Part shown: piece after piece, positions 8,657 through 18,662 of the stretch
Position numbering within the stretch: position 1 is the stretch's first letter
Layout: every line of letters begins with the position of its first letter
Assembly: GCA_016875535.1 (NCBI GenBank)
Contig: VGPF01000007.1
Coordinates: forward strand, 7,998 to 71,997
Length of the DNA stretch: 64,000 nt
Reading direction: 5' to 3'
Origin: Chloroflexota bacterium
Lineage (GTDB): Bacteria > Chloroflexota > Dehalococcoidia > SHYB01
The notes under the pieces: model-generated
The model's database searches: none
The model's input: only the letters and a program-made list of their open reading frames with translations
What the model was told of the DNA's origin: nothing
Position numbers and translations under genes: made by a program

Positions 8657-8769
8657 GGCGCTCCATTCTTTGGCGCATCAGTGAAGGGCAGTGCCAGGCC
8701 AAAAGGTGTCCCGTTCGAAAGGGAAACGACTACGGAGTGTAGCTGAACCACCGCAATTCCAGTAGCCAT

Positions 8770-9642
8770 CTACAGCTTGCTGAGGAGTGTGTCATACGTG
8801 TGCTCGAGGAAAAGGTGGAAGTCTCCCTCCAAATTTCGTGAGTTCCACGAGAGCGGAGGGCGGAGATAGACGCGTGTCGCGCCTGCCTCTTCGTAGCGCC
8901 GCATGTTCTCAGGCGTTGGCTCCACAGCGCAAAGGCACGTGATATTGAATGGTCCGGTCTTGCCAAATTCCCGCCTATAGCGACGGATCTCTTCCGAAAC
9001 CTTTGCCACATCCTCAGGCTCAAAGCGCCCCGCGGAAATCCAACCGTCTCCAAGCTCAGCTGCGCGGCGCAAAGACGCCTTCGTCACACCACCAAACTCG
9101 ATAGGCGGATGCGGTTTCTGCACAGGCTTGGGCTGAAACTTCACAGCGTCGAACGAGTAGTACTGACCCGTATGCTGAATCGTATCCTCTGTCCAAAGCC
9201 GCTTCATCACTTCAACGATCTCTCTGGTCCTCTTAAAGCGATTCTCCCAATTCTCACCAACTGCCTGAAACTCTTCCCTTAGCCAGCCTGCGCCAACGCC
9301 GAAAATCACCCGCCCCTCAGAAAGACGGTCTAGTGTGGTGACTGCGCGTGCCGTTACAAACGGGTTGCGCAAGGGAAGGATATAAACGCCGGTGCCCAGT
9401 TTTATCTTTTTCGTGGCGGCAGCGGCAAAGCTGAGCACGACGAAAGGGTCGAAGAGGGGCGATTCCGGGTTGACGGGCGGACGGCCGCTGGCGGAATAGG
9501 GATAGGTCGCAGGCATTTCAGCCGGAAAGATAAGGTGCTCGCCTACCCAGACGCAGCCAAAGCCAAGCTCTTCAACTCTGGCAGAGACACTCAGTATGGC
9601 TGACGATTTCAGGCCGGAGATTGTGAAGCCGATATTGATCAC
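8770..9642 (-). CDS. LLM-class (probably F420-dependent) oxidoreductase
   Basis: VWVGEH, DPFVVLSFAAAATKKIKLGTGV, GVGAGWLREEF, RRAAELGDGW. Confidence 0.9.
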   Translation of the reverse strand: MINIGFTISGLKSSAILSVSARVEELGFGCVWVGEHLIFPAEMPATYPYSASGRPPVNPESPLFDPFVVLSFAAAATKKIKLGTGVYILPLRNPFVTARAVTTLDRLSEGRVIFGVGAGWLREEFQAVGENWENRFKRTREIVEVMKRLWTEDTIQHTGQYYSFDAVKFQPKPVQKPHPPIEFGGVTKASLRRAAELGDGWISAGRFEPEDVAKVSEEIRRYRREFGKTGPFNITCLCAVEPTPENMRRYEEAGATRVYLRPPLSWNSRNLEGDFHLFLEHTYDTLLSKL

Positions 9643-9720
9643 AAAATCATCTCCGCGACCTAAGCAGATTCGAACGACTTTCTCCTAAAGGATGAGGTCG
9701 CAAGTATGATGTGACAGAAG

Positions 9721-9796
9721 TGGTAGCCCCAGGGGAATTCGAATCCCCGTTACCGCCTTGAAAGGGCGATGTCCTAGGCCTCTAGACGATGGGGCC
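9721..9796 (-). tRNA. tRNA-Glu (TTC)
   Basis: GGCCCCATCGTCTAGAGGCCTAGGACATCGCCCTTTCAAGGCGGTAACGGGGATTCGAATTCCCCTGGGGCTACCA; cloverleaf, anticodon TTC, encoded CCA. Confidence 0.97.
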
Positions 9797-9885
9797 GCGA
9801 AAGACGCCGCCCAACAATAGGTCAGAGCGGCATACCTATTGTAGTTGAGGAGATGTTATCCGTTCAATGGGATTTCAGGCCGGCT

Positions 9886-10914
9886 TTACGGGTAGAGCGC
9901 AACCTGCTCAAGGCCCATCGTCTCCGGCAGGCCCAGCATCAGGTTCATGTTCTGCACCGCCGCGCCCGCCGCGCCTTTCACCAGGTTGTCTATGGCGCTC
10001 ACCACGATGAGCCGTCCCGTGCGCTCGTCCAGGGTGGGATAGACGATGCAATCATTGTTGCCCAGGGTGTACTTGGTATGCGGCGCAGTCGCCAGCACCT
10101 TCACAAAGGGCGCATCCCGATAAAAGTCTTTGTAAATCTCCATCAGCGCGCCCTTGCCACCAGCCCCCAGCTTGCCGCTCTTCACAGTGGCGTAGCAGGT
10201 GCTGAGGATGCCGCGCGTCATGGGGATCAGGTGCGGGATAAAGGTCACGCTGTATTTCTGGGTCGTATCCACGGTCTGCAGCTCTTGGGTGATCTCCGGC
10301 AGATGCCGGTGCCCATCCAGCCCATAGGCTGAGACATCCTCGTTCACTTCCGAAAAGTGGGTTGTCAGCGAAAGGGTGCGTCCTGCCCCTGAAACGCCCG
10401 ACTTGCTGTCTACGATGACATCACCGCCGATGAGCCCGGCCTTGGCGGCGGGAGCCAGGGCCAGCACCGCGCCTGTGGGGTAACAGCCGGGGTTTGCCAC
10501 TATCTTCGTCTTCTGCACGTCTTTCTTATGCAGTTCCGGCAGGCCGTAGACGGCGCTTGCCAGTGTGGCAGGCTCCGGGTGCTCCACCTTGTACCACTTG
10601 CTGTATTCGGCGGCGCTCTTCAACCGGAAATCGGCGCTCATATCTATGACGGGGATGCCCTTGTGGATGTACGGCAGGCACTTCGCGGCGCTGTCTTTAT
10701 GGTTCAGCGCGGAGAAGACCACATCCACATCGCCAAGCTCCTCGGTGATGGTCAGGTCAACGCCTGAGAGGTGCGGGAAGAACTCGCCGAGCTTCTGCCC
10801 GGCGGCGCTGCGCCCGGTGACGGAGGTGAGCTTGACGCCCGAGTGGCGGCAGAGGATGCGCGCAAGCTCCACACCCGCATATCCGGTGACGTTGATGATG
10901 CCGACTCGCTTCAT
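9886..10914 (-). CDS. argC: N-acetyl-gamma-glutamyl-phosphate reductase
   Basis: TGYAG, IDMSADFRL, ANPGCYPT, SGVSGAG, IDNLVKGAAG. Confidence 0.96.
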   Translation of the reverse strand: MKRVGIINVTGYAGVELARILCRHSGVKLTSVTGRSAAGQKLGEFFPHLSGVDLTITEELGDVDVVFSALNHKDSAAKCLPYIHKGIPVIDMSADFRLKSAAEYSKWYKVEHPEPATLASAVYGLPELHKKDVQKTKIVANPGCYPTGAVLALAPAAKAGLIGGDVIVDSKSGVSGAGRTLSLTTHFSEVNEDVSAYGLDGHRHLPEITQELQTVDTTQKYSVTFIPHLIPMTRGILSTCYATVKSGKLGAGGKGALMEIYKDFYRDAPFVKVLATAPHTKYTLGNNDCIVYPTLDERTGRLIVVSAIDNLVKGAAGAAVQNMNLMLGLPETMGLEQVALYP

Positions 10915-11636
10915 GACCTTCTCCTAACGCCTTTCGCCTTCTGGCTCGTGCGCCTTGCCCCTTGCGCCTTCACCCCAACTTTAGGGCAGCGCGGCTCCAG
11001 GACGCACCGGGCGCACAGCGGCTTCCTCGCATCGCAGACGCGGCGGCCATGGGTGATGAGGTACATATGAAATGGTAGCACTTCTTGGGGCTGGAGCATC
11101 GCCTCCAAGACATCGTGGGACTCCTCCACGGTGACCTTGGGTTTGTAGAGGCCCAGGCGCTTGGCGACGCGATGGATGTGGGTGTCCACAGGGAGGACCG
11201 GCTTCTCCAGGGCGAAGAGCATCACACAGCCGACGGTCTTGGGCCCCACGCCCGGCAGGGCGCGGAGCCAGGCCCGTGCCTCGTCCACCGCCATCTCGCC
11301 CAGGAAGGAAAGGTCATAGCCGCCGGTCTTTTCCTTCACCAGGCGCAAGACCTGCTGGATGCGCGGCGCCTTTTGCCGGGCTAGGCCGCCTTGGCGTATC
11401 GCCTCCATCACGTCGCTCGTCTTGGCGTGCACCACATCGTCCCAGGTCTTGAAACGCCTTCGCAGCTGCTCATAGGCAGGGACGGAGTTGGCGTCCGATG
11501 TGTGCTGGGAGAGGATGGTGTAGACGAGCTCGGACGTGGCATCCCAGCGTCGCGGCGGCGTCGGCGGGCCGTAGGACGGCGCAAGGCGCTCGATGATTTC
11601 AGCAGGCGACCACTTCGCGGCTTTCGGTGTACCCAT
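10911..11636 (-). CDS. nth: Endonuclease III-like HhH-GPD DNA glycosylase with 4Fe-4S motif
   Basis: LPGVGPKT, PVDTHIHRV, C-x6-C-x2-C-x5-C at C-terminus; start uncertain. Confidence 0.85.
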   Translation of the reverse strand: MGTPKAAKWSPAEIIERLAPSYGPPTPPRRWDATSELVYTILSQHTSDANSVPAYEQLRRRFKTWDDVVHAKTSDVMEAIRQGGLARQKAPRIQQVLRLVKEKTGGYDLSFLGEMAVDEARAWLRALPGVGPKTVGCVMLFALEKPVLPVDTHIHRVAKRLGLYKPKVTVEESHDVLEAMLQPQEVLPFHMYLITHGRRVCDARKPLCARCVLEPRCPKVGVKAQGARRTSQKAKGVRRRS

Positions 11637-11797
11637 AGGGCGCGCCGGCGCACCGAAATGACACGCCGAGCGAGCAGCCATTCTAGCATCGAGCGCCCCC
11701 TTCGGCGAAGCCTTCGATAAGGCGGCCCGCCGTGCTATAGTGATGGCACTTCACGAGGCCTCACCTCAGGTCTTCGTCACCCCTAGAAGAGGCATCC

Positions 11798-13162
11798 ATG
11801 CGCGACCAGATTGAATCCGCCCTTTCCGGCCACACAGCCGATTACATCGAAATACGGCTCGAAGAGTCCCAGTCCACGCGCTTGAGCTATCGCTCCCGGG
11901 ATCTGGAGGAGATCAACAAGAGCACCAGCAAGGGCGGCTGCGTCCGCGCTCTGGTGAGCGGCGGCTGGGGATTCGTCTCCTTCAATGACGCCTCCAACCT
12001 GCGGGAGCAGGTGGCCCTGGCCGTGCGGCAGGCCAAGCTGGTGGGCCAAGAGACGAGTCAGCTTGCCCCGGTGAACAAGGTCGTCGCCGACGCGCCCCTT
12101 GCGCCCATCAAGCGCGATGCGCGAACCATCTCCCTGGCGGAGAAGAAGCGCCTCCTGGATAGCTACAACGAGGTGATGTGGTCGGCGGCCAAGATCCAGA
12201 GCTCCAGCATCGGCTACAGCGATGGGTGGAAGAAGACCATCTTCGCCAACACCAACGGCTCCTACATCGAGCAGGAGCGCGCCGACGTGAACGCCCGCAT
12301 CGTGGCGATGGCGCGGGCAGACGGCGACCTCCAGCAGGCCGGCATCAGCATAGGCAGTCGCGGCGACTATGCCGTCGTCGAAGGCCTGCACGAACGGGCC
12401 AAGGAGCTTGCCGAGCGCGCCGTGGCCTTCCTCAAAGCGCCCACGGTGAAGGGCGGCGACTACACCGTCGTCCTGGACCCCATCCTCGCGGGCGTCTTCG
12501 TCCATGAGGCCTTCGGCCATCTTTCGGAGGCCGACCACGTCTATGAGAACCCCAAGATGCGCGAGCTGATGGTGCTGGGCGAAACCTTCGGCGAAAAGCA
12601 CCTGAACATCGTGGACGGCGCGGCGGTGCCGGGCCTGCGCGGCAGCTACGCCTACGACGATGAAGGCGTCCCCTCCACCAAGACGGACCTGATCCGCGAA
12701 GGCGTGCTGGTGGGTCGCCTCCATTCGCGGGAGACGGCGGCGCGCATGGGAGAGAAGCCCACAGGCAACGCCCGGGCCCTTAACTACACCTTCCCGCCCA
12801 TCGTGCGCATGACCAACACCTACATCGAGCCGCAGAAGGGCGTCACCTTCGATGACATCATCGGCGGGATCAAGGACGGCATCTACGCCAAGAACTGGTA
12901 CGGCGGCATGACCAGCATGGAGATGTTCACCTTCTCCGCGGGAGAGGCCTACCGCATCCGCAACGGCAAGATCGAAGAGCTGGTGCGCCCTGTGGTCCTC
13001 TCCGGCAACCTCTTCGAGACACTGAAGAACATAGACGCCATCGGCAACGACCTGGATATGAACCAGGGAGGCGGCTGCGGCAAGGGCGGCCAGATGCCGC
13101 TGCCCGTGACCAACGGCAGTCCCCATATCCGCATCCGCAAGTGCCTGGTGGGAGGCAAGTAA
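11798..13162 (+). CDS. tldD: TldD metalloprotease
   Basis: HEAFGH zinc motif, YDDEG, PIVRMTNTY, GCGKGGQ. Confidence 0.93.
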   Translation: MRDQIESALSGHTADYIEIRLEESQSTRLSYRSRDLEEINKSTSKGGCVRALVSGGWGFVSFNDASNLREQVALAVRQAKLVGQETSQLAPVNKVVADAPLAPIKRDARTISLAEKKRLLDSYNEVMWSAAKIQSSSIGYSDGWKKTIFANTNGSYIEQERADVNARIVAMARADGDLQQAGISIGSRGDYAVVEGLHERAKELAERAVAFLKAPTVKGGDYTVVLDPILAGVFVHEAFGHLSEADHVYENPKMRELMVLGETFGEKHLNIVDGAAVPGLRGSYAYDDEGVPSTKTDLIREGVLVGRLHSRETAARMGEKPTGNARALNYTFPPIVRMTNTYIEPQKGVTFDDIIGGIKDGIYAKNWYGGMTSMEMFTFSAGEAYRIRNGKIEELVRPVVLSGNLFETLKNIDAIGNDLDMNQGGGCGKGGQMPLPVTNGSPHIRIRKCLVGGK

Positions 13163-13163
13163 G

Positions 13164-14483
13164 ATGATGGAACGCTTGCTCTCCCTGGCCAAGAAGCGCT
13201 GCGAACAGGCGGAGGTGGTGCGCGTCTGGCACCGCAGCACGCCGGCAAACTTTGAGGCGAACCGCCTCAAGATGCTGGAGACCAAGGAGTCCTCCGGCAT
13301 CGCCCTGCGCATCGTGAGGAACGGGCGCATCGGCCTTTCGGCGACGAACGACCCGAAGGATGTGGACGAGCTGGTGGCGAGGGCCATCGAGCTTTCGGAG
13401 TTCGGCGCGGTGGCCAAGTTCGAGCTGCCGGGCCCCGCCAAGTTTCCCGATGTGCCCGTCTTTGACCGGGCTTCGGAGGCCGTGACGGTGGAGCAGATGG
13501 CCGATTTCGGCCAGGCGATGATTGACATCCTGCGCCGCGCCAACAGCGACCTGGTCTGCGAGGCGGGCGTCACCAAGTCCATAGACGAAGTTGAGATCAT
13601 CAACTCCAACGGCTGCCATGCCAGCTATAAGCGCTCCAGCTTCTCCTACGGCGTCCACGGCACCTTGATCCGCGGCACGGACATGCTCTTTGTGGGCGAT
13701 TGGGGCGCTTCCTGCAGTCCCATGCTGGACCCCAAGCCGGTCACCAAGCGCCCCCTGGAGCAGCTGGAGTTCGCCAAGGAGACCGTCCCGGCGCCCCAGG
13801 GCGAAGTGCCCGTCATCTTCACGCCCCACGCCATCGCCTATCTGTTGATGCCCCTCACCAGCGCCGTGAACGGCAGAACGGTGCTCCAGGGGGCCTCTCC
13901 CCTGCAGGGCAAGCTGGGCACACAGCTCATGGACCCGCGTTTCTCCCTGTGGGACGATCCCACCGTCCCCCTGAGGCCGGATAGCCGCAACGCCGATGAT
14001 GAGGGCGTCCCCTCCCGAAAGACGCTGCTCATCGAAAAGGGCGTGCCCCAGGGGTTCCTCTACGATCTGCAGACGGCCGGCCTCGCCGGAGCCAAGAGCA
14101 CCGGCAGCGCCTCCCGCAGTCTCAGCAGCCTGCCCACGCCGTCCACCAGCGTGCTCTTCATCGAAAAGGGCGATACGCCCTATGAGCGCATGGTGGCCGA
14201 TGTGCAGGACGGCCTCATCATCGAACAGCTCCTTGGCGCAGGCCAGGGCAACGTGGCGGGCGGCGAGATCGGCGGCAACGTCCTGCTAGGCTACCGCGTC
14301 CGGAACGGCAAAGTAGTGGGGCGCGTGAAGGACACCGTCATCGCCGGGAACGTCTATACCGCCCTCAGCGCAGGCAAGCTCATCGCCCTCAGCGATGCGC
14401 AGGAATGGGTGAGCGGCAGCTTGCTGGCCCCGGCCATCGCCTGTATGGGCATCACCGTCTCCACCAAACGCGCCGGCGAGTAG
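13164..14483 (+). CDS. pmbA: TldE/PmbA family protein
   Basis: DDEGVP, GFLYD, GKVVGRVKDTVIAGN; lacks HExxxH; follows tldD. Confidence 0.9.
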   Translation: MMERLLSLAKKRCEQAEVVRVWHRSTPANFEANRLKMLETKESSGIALRIVRNGRIGLSATNDPKDVDELVARAIELSEFGAVAKFELPGPAKFPDVPVFDRASEAVTVEQMADFGQAMIDILRRANSDLVCEAGVTKSIDEVEIINSNGCHASYKRSSFSYGVHGTLIRGTDMLFVGDWGASCSPMLDPKPVTKRPLEQLEFAKETVPAPQGEVPVIFTPHAIAYLLMPLTSAVNGRTVLQGASPLQGKLGTQLMDPRFSLWDDPTVPLRPDSRNADDEGVPSRKTLLIEKGVPQGFLYDLQTAGLAGAKSTGSASRSLSSLPTPSTSVLFIEKGDTPYERMVADVQDGLIIEQLLGAGQGNVAGGEIGGNVLLGYRVRNGKVVGRVKDTVIAGNVYTALSAGKLIALSDAQEWVSGSLLAPAIACMGITVSTKRAGE

Positions 14484-14487
14484 GCCC

Positions 14488-15411
14488 ATGGCCGCGATAG
14501 ATGCGATCCTCCAAGAGCTCGCGGCCGCCAAGGGGCGCATCGCGCCTGCGAAGCTGACGCAGCTTTCCGGCCTCTCCTCGGAGGAATTGCCCGCCTTCCA
14601 GAAGGCGTGGGACAAGATGGGCCTGCCGCAAAAGAAGGCCGTCATCGCCACCCTGACGGAGATGGCAGAAGACAACGTCGAGCTGGACTTCTTTCCCATC
14701 TTCAAACTGACGCTGAACGACGACGATGAGGATATCCGCATCGAGTCCATCGAAGGCCTGTGGGAATGCGAAGAGCGGGCCCTGCTGACGCCGCTCATCC
14801 GGTTGCTCACGGTGGACTCGTCAGCCAATGTGCGCGCCGCAGCGGCGCAGGCCCTGGGCAGGTTCGCCTTCCTGGCGGAGACGGGGAAACTGCTGGAGCG
14901 GGACGGCAGGCGTATCGCAGACGCCTTGCTGGAGACGATAGACAGCGAGTTCGAGTCCACGGACGTGCGCCGCCGGGCCATAGAAGCGCTGGCCGCCATG
15001 AGCCATGAGCGCGTGCCGGAGCTCATCCAAGAGACCTATGAGAGCGCCGATGTGAAGGTGAAGGCCAGCGCCCTCTACGCCATGGGCCGCACCTGCGACC
15101 CAAGGTGGCTGCCCCAGCTCATTGATGAGACGGCCAACAGGCAGGCTGAACTGCGCTACGAGGCCGTCTCCGCCTTAGGCGAGATCGGCGATGATAAGGC
15201 CATCACGCACCTCCTGCCGATGATTGACGACCCGGATAGCGAGGTGCAGGCCGCCGCCATCGCCGCACTGGGGAAGATCGGCGGGCCGGTGGCCAAGAAG
15301 GCCCTCACGCGCACCATGCAGCGCCCGGAAGCGCACATCCAGGAGCTGGCCCAGTCCGCCTTGGAGACTATGGATGAGTTCGACCCGCCTCTCTTTGAGC
15401 GCCGCAACTAG
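14488..15411 (+). CDS. HEAT-repeat protein
   Basis: Repeated VRAAAAQALG/VRRRAIEALA/LRYEAVSALG/VQAAAIAALG units. Confidence 0.88.
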   Translation: MAAIDAILQELAAAKGRIAPAKLTQLSGLSSEELPAFQKAWDKMGLPQKKAVIATLTEMAEDNVELDFFPIFKLTLNDDDEDIRIESIEGLWECEERALLTPLIRLLTVDSSANVRAAAAQALGRFAFLAETGKLLERDGRRIADALLETIDSEFESTDVRRRAIEALAAMSHERVPELIQETYESADVKVKASALYAMGRTCDPRWLPQLIDETANRQAELRYEAVSALGEIGDDKAITHLLPMIDDPDSEVQAAAIAALGKIGGPVAKKALTRTMQRPEAHIQELAQSALETMDEFDPPLFERRN

Positions 15412-15438
15412 CTACTCTGGCGGCACGTCCAGACGCCC

Positions 15439-15467
15439 TTGCCACTGGCGGGCGCAGTCCGTATGAT
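15439..15467 (+). promoter_or_regulatory. Sigma70-type promoter of vWA gene
   Basis: TTGCCA-17 nt-TATGAT. Confidence 0.55.
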
Positions 15468-15525
15468 GGCCTCCACGCCGCTTCCCTGGTTTGACCGGAC
15501 GGCACCAGCCTAGGCCACAGGTGAT

Positions 15526-17544
15526 GTGATGCGACGCTACCGCTACTCGTCCTGGGACGGCTCCGCAGAGCCATTCTCCCTGCACCCGGACGAGGTCATG
15601 GACGAAATCTCGAACGACCTCTTTGGCGATATGGGCCTGGAGCGCGCCCTCCAGCGCATCATCCAGCGCGGCATGCAGGACAAAGGCGGCCGCCGCACCC
15701 AGGGCATGCGCGACCTCCTGGAGCGCCTGCGCAACCGCCGCCGCGAGCAGATGGAGAAGTACGACCTAAGCTCCGTCCTCAACGATATCAAGGAAAAGCT
15801 CCAGGACATCGTCCAGACGGAGCGGGAAGGCATCCGCAACCGCCTGGAGCAAGCCCGGAACGACGCGAAGCAGGACCCCGCTAAAAAGCCGGGGCTGGAC
15901 ATGCTGGAGAAGCTGGCGGAGAAGCGGCGCGAGACGCTGAAGAGCCTGACCAACGATCCCGCCGAGCAGATCAAGGCTCTGAGCAACTATGACTTCATGG
16001 ACCAGGAGGCCCGCCGCAAGTTCCAGGAACTGCTGGACGAGCTGAAGAAGCGGGCCATGGACCAGTATTTCAAGAACATGCAGCAATCGCTCCAGAACAT
16101 GAGCGGCGACCAGATGCAGGCGATGAAGCAGATGCTGAAGGACCTGAACCAACTCTTCCAGCAGAACCGCCAGGGCAAGCTGAGCCAGGAGCAGTTCGAC
16201 CAGTTCATGCAGCAGTACGGCCAGATGTTCGGGGACAACCCGCCCCGCAACATGCAGGAGCTGGCGGAACGCCTGCAGGAGCGCATGGCCCAGGCCCAAT
16301 CGCTGTTAGACAGCATGCCGGAGACCACACGCCAGCAATTACAAGACCTCATGGAATCCATGATGGACGATGAGATGCGCCGGGAGATGTCCCAGCTGGG
16401 CCAGATGCTGGACGAGTTGGCGCCGATGGACGACCTGCGCCGCGAATATCCCTTCACCGGCGATGAGGAGCTCTCCATGCAGGAGGCCATGCGCCTCATG
16501 GAAGAGTTCCAGAAGATGGACAACCTGGAGCAAACCCTCCGGGATGTGCGCAGCGCCCAGGACCTGGAGCGCGTGGACGCCCAGGCGATGGAAGAGCTCC
16601 TGGGAGAAGATGCCCGCCGCTCCCTGGAGGAGCTGAAGGACCTCCTGCGGAAGCTGGAGGAGGCGCGCTACATCCGCCGCAAGGGCGACCGCTTTGAGCT
16701 GACGCCGCGCGGCGTGCGCAAGATCGGGCAGAAGGCCATCCGGGAGATCTTCTCCCAGCTGAAGAAGGACCGCGCCGGCAGCCACGAGATCACCAAGCGC
16801 GGGGGCGGCGGCGAGCCCAGCGGCGAGACGAAGCCCTGGGAGTTCGGCGACGACTTTCTGGTGGACCTGCGCAAATCGCTCCTCAACAGCGTGAAGCGCG
16901 AAGGCGCGGGGACCCCTCTGAAGATGCAGGTGAGCGACTTCGAGGTGGAGCGGATAGACTTCTCCACCCAAGCGGCCACGTGCCTCCTCATAGACCGCAG
17001 CCGCTCCATGGGCTATTACGGCAACTTCGCGGCGGCCAAGAAGGTCGCCATCGCCCTCCACACCCTCATCCGCAGCAAGTTCCCGCGCGATGTCCTCTAT
17101 ATCATCGGCTTCTCAGACGTCGCCACCCAGTTCAAGGAATCGGACCTGGCGGACCTCTACTGGGACACCGGCATCTCCGGCACCAACATGCACCACGCCT
17201 TCATGATGGCCCGCAAGCTCCTCTCCAAGCACAAGGGCGCCACGCGGCAGGCCATCATGATCACGGATGGCGAGCCCACAGCGCACCTGGAGCAAGGCGT
17301 CCCCTATTTCAGCTACCCTCCTTCGCCGCGCACCATCTCGGAGACGCTAAAAGAAGTGCGGCGCTGCACCCAGGAGCACATCGTCATCAACACCTTCATG
17401 CTGGAGAACAACTACCAGCTGGTGGACTTCGTGAACCTGCTCACGCGCATCAACCACGGGCGGGCCTTTTACGCCTCCCCCGATAAGCTGGGCGAATACG
17501 TGCTGGTGGACTACCTCTCCAACCGACGCCGCAGGGTGGCGTAG
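15526..17544 (+). CDS. Coiled-coil plus C-terminal vWA (MIDAS) domain protein
   Basis: YRYSSWDG N-terminus, long Q/M/E-rich helical region, DRSRSM (DxSxS), GTN, ITDGEPT. Confidence 0.88.
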   Translation: MMRRYRYSSWDGSAEPFSLHPDEVMDEISNDLFGDMGLERALQRIIQRGMQDKGGRRTQGMRDLLERLRNRRREQMEKYDLSSVLNDIKEKLQDIVQTEREGIRNRLEQARNDAKQDPAKKPGLDMLEKLAEKRRETLKSLTNDPAEQIKALSNYDFMDQEARRKFQELLDELKKRAMDQYFKNMQQSLQNMSGDQMQAMKQMLKDLNQLFQQNRQGKLSQEQFDQFMQQYGQMFGDNPPRNMQELAERLQERMAQAQSLLDSMPETTRQQLQDLMESMMDDEMRREMSQLGQMLDELAPMDDLRREYPFTGDEELSMQEAMRLMEEFQKMDNLEQTLRDVRSAQDLERVDAQAMEELLGEDARRSLEELKDLLRKLEEARYIRRKGDRFELTPRGVRKIGQKAIREIFSQLKKDRAGSHEITKRGGGGEPSGETKPWEFGDDFLVDLRKSLLNSVKREGAGTPLKMQVSDFEVERIDFSTQAATCLLIDRSRSMGYYGNFAAAKKVAIALHTLIRSKFPRDVLYIIGFSDVATQFKESDLADLYWDTGISGTNMHHAFMMARKLLSKHKGATRQAIMITDGEPTAHLEQGVPYFSYPPSPRTISETLKEVRRCTQEHIVINTFMLENNYQLVDFVNLLTRINHGRAFYASPDKLGEYVLVDYLSNRRRRVA

Positions 17545-17562
17545 CATCCCAGGAGGACGCGC

Positions 17563-18657
17563 ATGACCAACTACCAGGTGATCTCCGCCGATTCCCACGT
17601 CATCGAGCCTCCGAACGTCTGGAAGGACTACATGGAGCCGGCCTACAAGGCCCGCGCCCCCCATGTGGTGCGCGAAGGCGAGTTCGACGTGTGGAAATGC
17701 GAAGGGACGGTCCTAGGCCCGGTGGCCGCCTACGCAGGCGCCGGGAAACCCAGCGATAAGCTGAAGAGCCACGGCACCTATGAGAAGGACGCCCCCAAAG
17801 GCAGCTACGACCCCAAGGCACGCCTGGACGAGATGGCGGTGGACGCCGTGCAGGCGGAGGTTCTCTACCCCTCCGTGGCCTTGCGCATGTTCGGCATCCC
17901 GGAGCCGGACTTCCAAGCGGCCTGCTTCCGCGCCTATAACTCCTGGATCGCCGATTTCTGCAAGCCCTACCCCAACATCTTCAAGGGCATCGGCATCCTC
18001 TCCACAGACGACATCGAAGCCGCAGCGGGCGAAGTGCGCCGGTCCAAAAAGCTGGGCCTCTCCGGCGTCTCCATCTCGGTGAGCCCCGAAGGGCGGCCTT
18101 ACAGCGACCCGACCTTCGATCCGCTGTGGAGCGCGGCTGAAGAGTGCGATATGCCTATTAGCCTCCACATCCTCACGGAGCGCAAGCACAAGCAGCGCAT
18201 GGGCGAAGACTTCCTCTCCGGCCAGGTGACGGAGAGCGTGATGGTCCAGGACGCCTTGGCGCGCATGATCTTCTCCGGCGTCTTCCTCAAGTATCCCAAG
18301 CTCAAGATCGTCTCCGCGGAGAACGATATCGGCTGGGCGGGCTATTTCCTGGAGCGGGCCGATTACCTCCACGACCGCCGCCAGGTCTTCCACAAGATGG
18401 GCATCCCGCGCGATATGCTGCCGAGCCACTTCTTCCACAAGCACGTCTTCCTCACTTTCATGCGCGATCGCTCCGGCATCATGCTGCGCAGCATCATCGG
18501 CGTGGAGAACCTCATGTGGGCCTCCGATTACCCGCACCTGGACAGCACGTGGCCCAACTCCATGAAGTTGATCGAGCGCATCTTCGCCGGCGTGCCCGAA
18601 GGCGAGCGGCGCAAGATCATCGCCGAGAACGCCGCGAACCTCTACCGCTACGCCTAG
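17563..18657 (+). CDS. Amidohydrolase_2 family protein
   Basis: ISADSHVIEP, ISLHI, LMWASDYPH. Confidence 0.9.
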   Translation: MTNYQVISADSHVIEPPNVWKDYMEPAYKARAPHVVREGEFDVWKCEGTVLGPVAAYAGAGKPSDKLKSHGTYEKDAPKGSYDPKARLDEMAVDAVQAEVLYPSVALRMFGIPEPDFQAACFRAYNSWIADFCKPYPNIFKGIGILSTDDIEAAAGEVRRSKKLGLSGVSISVSPEGRPYSDPTFDPLWSAAEECDMPISLHILTERKHKQRMGEDFLSGQVTESVMVQDALARMIFSGVFLKYPKLKIVSAENDIGWAGYFLERADYLHDRRQVFHKMGIPRDMLPSHFFHKHVFLTFMRDRSGIMLRSIIGVENLMWASDYPHLDSTWPNSMKLIERIFAGVPEGERRKIIAENAANLYRYA

Positions 18658-18662
18658 GCCGC

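Noticed and set aside
2300-9720. att-site duplication of the tRNA-Glu 3' end bounding an island
   Set aside because: Only a 6-nt match (GTAGCC near 8762) was seen, and there is no integrase.
11798-14483. TldDE as processing protease for the poly-Lys micropeptides
   Set aside because: About 8 kb apart, no shared regulation, and the peptides have no leader-core structure.
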